Shown here: positions 60,074-64,000 of the stretch, one piece after another
Position numbering within the stretch: the first letter of the stretch is position 1
Layout: each line of letters begins with the position of its first letter
Origin: Candidatus Poribacteria bacterium
GTDB lineage: Bacteria; Poribacteria; WGA-4E; WGA-3G
Length of the DNA stretch: 64,000 nucleotides
Assembly (NCBI GenBank): GCA_965198235.1
Contig: OZ240248.1
Location: 928,001-992,000 of the forward strand
Direction: 5' to 3'
The notes under the pieces: model-generated
Databases searched by the model: none
The model's input: the letters and a program-made list of their open reading frames with translations, nothing else
What the model was told of the DNA's origin: nothing
Translations under genes and position numbers: made by a program

Positions 60074-60396
60074 ACAAAAGCCTAAGATTACCCTGAGAAC
60101 CCGCCCATCCAAACAAGTGTAGAAAAAAATTGGAAAGAAAAGCAATTTATGATATAGTGGTTTTAACCCTCAACTCGCTCTGATTAGATTTGTTTAAGGC
60201 ACGAGTTGAGGGTTAAAGTTATCAGTCGTCAGTTAAGAGGTTTTTTGTGACAATTCACGATGCTTTGGAGTACTCCAAGAATGTAAAGCAAAGACAAATT
60301 TTGCCGCGTATGGGCAAAATTTGGGTAGATTGTTACAAACCGCTCTTAACTGATAACCGATAGCCGATAACTGAAAACTATAAAAAAAGGAAAAGC

Positions 60397-63315
60397 ATGA
60401 GAGGCAACAATACAGATATACCTCGCCCAGAATATCCGCGTCCAGATTTTCAACGCGGAACATCAGAAGGCATCGATTGGATCTGTCTGAATGGCACATG
60501 GGAATTCGCTTTTGACCCTGGCGATACCGGCGAACAAAATCAATGGTTTGCCCTGGAGCCAATCGTTGATTCCCCATGGACATTGCAAATACAGGTTCCC
60601 TATCCTTGGGAAAGCCTTGCGGCATGGGGCGGCGAAGAACAAGCGGATAACGCAACCTACTTGAGCAGAAACGCCTATATCACACCTGAAGCGGTCACCT
60701 GCGGCGGTTTAGAACGTGGTGGAAATTATCGGGACGAGCCGAGACACACAATCGGTTGGTATCGCAAAACGGTCTCTATCCCTGAGAATTGGGGTGATAG
60801 ACGAGTTATTTTGAAGTTCGGTGCTGTCGATTGGGAAACGACCATCTGGGTGAATGGTCAAATAATCGGTAAGCATGAAAACGGGTATCTACCGTTTGAA
60901 TTTGACATCACAGACACACTCACACCCGGGCAACTTGCATGCATCGTCGTTCGAGCTTACGACGCACAGGACCACGGCGAGCAACTCGCGGGCAAACAGA
61001 TAGGTTGGTATGAACGAACCAGCGGTATCTGGCAGTCTGTCTACTTAGAACCCAGAAACGAAACCCACATCGCGCAGTGCCACATAACACCTGACATTGA
61101 CAACGCTTCTGCTACATTCGCCGTTAAGGTAGACGGATACACAGAAAATACAGGACTCAACCTACGTTGGAATTGCGACGGACGCAATGGTTCGGTTGAA
61201 GTTTCTGGCAGTGACACACAATTTACAGTTACTATCCCTCCAGAACAACTCCGCTTGTGGGACGTAGACACCCCAAATCTCTACGATGTGACGCTCGAAT
61301 TGCTGATGGAAAATACTCCGGACGCACCCCACACCGGTAGGAGCGATCTCCCGACTGAGGAAAGTTCTTCTAAAATCGCACAAGATCCGAACACTGCGCG
61401 ACCTAACCAGAAACCTGCCCGTAATGTAATGGAGGGCAGCCCAGGGGCCCATAATTTAAAAATTGATAGGATTTTCACTTACTTCGGAATGCGGAAAGTT
61501 TCTATAGCGAAAGCCCCCGGTGGAGATTATCAGTATATCTACCTTAACAACCGTCCTATCTATCTGCTTGGCGCGCTCAATCAGTCGTTTAACCCAGAAG
61601 GCGTGTACACGTTTTTGACAGATGAAGCGATTCGCAGGGACGTCGAACGCGCAAAAGAATTCGGATTCAACTTTCTCCGCCTCCACATCAAGGTAGATGA
61701 GCCGCGGCTCTATTACTGGGCTGACAAGTTGGGTTTGCTCTTTATGTGCGACATCCCGAATTTTGGCGACTATACGGAGAAAGCGAAGGCACGATTTGAG
61801 CAAACACTTCGCGGGAACATTGCGCGTGACTACAATCATCCGTCGATCATCTCATGGTGCAATTTTAACGAAACTTGGGGACTCGGTGGCAGGGAGTACA
61901 AAGAGATGCACGAACGGCAAGAATGGGTGCGCGAGATGTATTACCTTGCCAAATCTCTTGACACCACCCGCCTCATTGAGGACAACTCGCCCTGTTTGTA
62001 CGACCACGTAGAAACAGACATCAACTCGTGGCACTTCTACATCAACGATTATGAACGCGCGAAAGAACATATCGCCAACGTTGTGGAAGAAACATACCCC
62101 AGTTCAGCGTTCAATTACGCTGGTGGTAATGTCCAGAGCGATGCGCCACTGATTAATAGCGAATACGGTGGTATCTCAGCAGGCGCGGGCGATAAGGATG
62201 TCTCATGGTGTTTCAAATACCTTACCAACGAACTCCGCCTCCATCCGAAAATTTGCGGTTACGTCTATACCGAGTTGCAGGATATCGAGTGGGAACACAA
62301 CGGTTTCATGAACTACGACCGGTCGATAAAGGCATTCGGATACGACTACCTCGATATTAATACCTTAGATTTTATCGCTATTGATTATCCGCCTGGGACA
62401 ACAGTTACACCGGGTGAGAAGATAAAGGCTGATATCTACACGAGCCATTTCTCACACAAAACCATCACAGGTGCAACACTGCACTGGCAACTGGATACGA
62501 TGTCAGCGACTGGAGATATCACACGTGGATGCGTTTCAGGAAGCGTTGATATTCCATTTCCACAGTACCAAGTGCAAAACGTGCATCAGCTTGAACTTAC
62601 CATGCCTGATGTTCACCCCGCGCTCGGTACACTCCACGTCTGGGTAACAGATGGCACCGGTTCTGTTGTCGCCCGTAATTTCATCAACTTCGAGCATTTC
62701 ATTGAAACTAATCCAACAGTTGAATCAAGCGATTCAAGGTTAGTTCGCATCAACTACGCCCCTGGAAACGCGTCCAAATCGTCTTGGGCTCTTGTAGGAG
62801 GGGGGGAAACGCCCTATCAAAAACACTCCGATTCCCGATTTTTGAACGAACATCTGTTTTCCGCAGAGGGAAGTGGTTACGTTGAATATGAGATACGCAA
62901 GCCTATAGAGGCTTGCGGGACAATGCCAGAAGGGATCGGTACAACAAATTCCGCAGAGATGGAATTGATTTTTGAAGCATCCAGCGCAAACGGCGGTGCA
63001 CGTCAAACGGAACCTGAAAAACATCCATCTGATGTGACGATCTCTGTCAACGGTGTTGAAATCGAGACGATCCGCATTTCCGACTGTCCGGCGGATGCGC
63101 GCGGTGTGCTCTCTTATATCCACGGGCAGCCTGGCAACTACGGTTACCTTTACAGGGTCAAAGTTGACCCATCTCTCGTTTTGAATGGAAAAGCAGACAC
63201 ATTAACAGTCCGCTACGAGGTCAAATCCGACGCTGCCGAGACAGGCGGACTTTCACTCTATGGCGCGCGTATGGGCAGATACCCGACTGGACCCCATCTG
63301 CTCATTCATCTTTAA
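60397..63315 (+). CDS. Glycoside hydrolase family 2 protein containing in-frame repeat insertions
   Basis: PRPEYPRPDF, LNGTWEF, FGAVDW, GKQ..WY...SGIWQSVYLE, YFGMR, GFNFLRLHIK, NHPSIISW..FNETWG, PLINSEYGG, GYVYTEL.D.EWE.NG. Confidence 0.9.
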   Translation: MRGNNTDIPRPEYPRPDFQRGTSEGIDWICLNGTWEFAFDPGDTGEQNQWFALEPIVDSPWTLQIQVPYPWESLAAWGGEEQADNATYLSRNAYITPEAVTCGGLERGGNYRDEPRHTIGWYRKTVSIPENWGDRRVILKFGAVDWETTIWVNGQIIGKHENGYLPFEFDITDTLTPGQLACIVVRAYDAQDHGEQLAGKQIGWYERTSGIWQSVYLEPRNETHIAQCHITPDIDNASATFAVKVDGYTENTGLNLRWNCDGRNGSVEVSGSDTQFTVTIPPEQLRLWDVDTPNLYDVTLELLMENTPDAPHTGRSDLPTEESSSKIAQDPNTARPNQKPARNVMEGSPGAHNLKIDRIFTYFGMRKVSIAKAPGGDYQYIYLNNRPIYLLGALNQSFNPEGVYTFLTDEAIRRDVERAKEFGFNFLRLHIKVDEPRLYYWADKLGLLFMCDIPNFGDYTEKAKARFEQTLRGNIARDYNHPSIISWCNFNETWGLGGREYKEMHERQEWVREMYYLAKSLDTTRLIEDNSPCLYDHVETDINSWHFYINDYERAKEHIANVVEETYPSSAFNYAGGNVQSDAPLINSEYGGISAGAGDKDVSWCFKYLTNELRLHPKICGYVYTELQDIEWEHNGFMNYDRSIKAFGYDYLDINTLDFIAIDYPPGTTVTPGEKIKADIYTSHFSHKTITGATLHWQLDTMSATGDITRGCVSGSVDIPFPQYQVQNVHQLELTMPDVHPALGTLHVWVTDGTGSVVARNFINFEHFIETNPTVESSDSRLVRINYAPGNASKSSWALVGGGETPYQKHSDSRFLNEHLFSAEGSGYVEYEIRKPIEACGTMPEGIGTTNSAEMELIFEASSANGGARQTEPEKHPSDVTISVNGVEIETIRISDCPADARGVLSYIHGQPGNYGYLYRVKVDPSLVLNGKADTLTVRYEVKSDAAETGGLSLYGARMGRYPTGPHLLIHL

Positions 63316-63520
63316 CAGTTATCGGTTCAGTTCTACACCTAAAGCGGATTCCCGAATTAACCTGAAACCGGTTTCTCGTAATGTAATGGAGTACAGCTCA
63401 GATTCAATACATTAAAATTAGACAAAAGCACGTAGCTTGGAACGTAGTGGAAAGCGGGTCTACGAACAGGCACGTCAAACCCCTAAACCCGCTCAACGAA
63501 CCGCAAGGAATAATTAAAAA

Positions 63521-64000
63521 ATGGCAAGTCCTGAATTTGTATTCACACGTTATTCCAATTTGGAAATTTCTTGGCCCTTCGTACACGAACGGATGGTCAG
63601 TCGATTAGAAGAATTAGGTGTAACACTCGTTCTCAACACAAATAGTCGAGACCCTATTCACGAACAGGTCGACTTAAGCGAAACCATCGGAATATCCCAC
63701 TTCGGTGGAAACCTGACCGAAGCATGTATCGCGGCAGCCCCAAAACTGAAAGTACTCGGAGCGATGACCGACAATTCTGGACACGGTATCCCGTATAAAG
63801 CACTTCAGGCACGTGGCATCCCAGTGATCGAATCGACACGAGCGTGGTCGCAATCTGTAGCAGAATGCGCTTTCGGTCTCGCGCTGTCTTCGCTGCGCCG
63901 GACAGCACAATGGCACCTGCGGATGGCACAAGGCGAAAAACTGTGGGATTGGGAAAACCCGATGTGGGGTTCGCTAAACGCACGTGAAAGCGGTGCCCCC
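63521..64000 (+). CDS. D-2-hydroxyacid dehydrogenase family, N-terminal part (runs off window; missing from ORF track)
   Basis: ATG 63521 open to the end: MASPEFVF...IAAAPKLKVLG...ARGIPV...SVAECAFGLALSSLRR. Confidence 0.75.
   Translation, partial: MASPEFVFTRYSNLEISWPFVHERMVSRLEELGVTLVLNTNSRDPIHEQVDLSETIGISHFGGNLTEACIAAAPKLKVLGAMTDNSGHGIPYKALQARGIPVIESTRAWSQSVAECAFGLALSSLRRTAQWHLRMAQGEKLWDWENPMWGSLNARESGAP

Noticed and set aside
45788-60217. Conserved arms around variable 22-24-nt centres as a possible CRISPR array
   Set aside because: The arms are inverted rather than direct, the copies are kilobases apart, and no cas genes are present.
63654-63983. Minus-strand ORFs at the window end
   Set aside because: Shadows of the plus-strand dehydrogenase starting at 63521.

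Overview
A 64-kb bacterial chromosomal window, most likely Candidatus Poribacteria or a relative. This is inferred from the gene repertoire: PhyH/TauD dioxygenases, enolase-family enzymes, LamG and TolB-like proteins sharing a C-terminal 'LTTxWGxxK' tail, and an ECF sigma factor fused to a beta-propeller. Housekeeping genes are the fusA 3' end, miaA, mnmA, secD, secF, apt and tRNA-Arg(CCT), among many carbohydrate and redox genes. Six things stand out. (1) A 2239-aa SprA/Sov-like (type IX translocon-like) protein with Gly/Tyr/Ser low-complexity inserts lies next to secreted proteins that share a short C-terminal motif, suggesting a non-canonical T9SS-like export route. (2) A 28.5-38 kb island holds an unannotated 76-aa leader plus Cys-rich peptide gene, two TolB-like propellers, a methyltransferase, a frameshifted ABC permease, a truncated gene remnant and a membrane-anchored ECF sigma. 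Its likely promoter (TGCACC-N16-GTGTCT) occurs three times exactly. (3) A dispersed hairpin element with a fixed 13-nt loop and a covarying 6-bp stem often ends exactly at a start codon. (4) Intergenic repeats are inserted in-frame in a GH2 gene. (5) A DUF488-DUF488-(OB-fold/RecQ) operon. (6) An IS982 fragment and several MITE/REP families. All calls come from reading the sequence by eye; no database searches were run.
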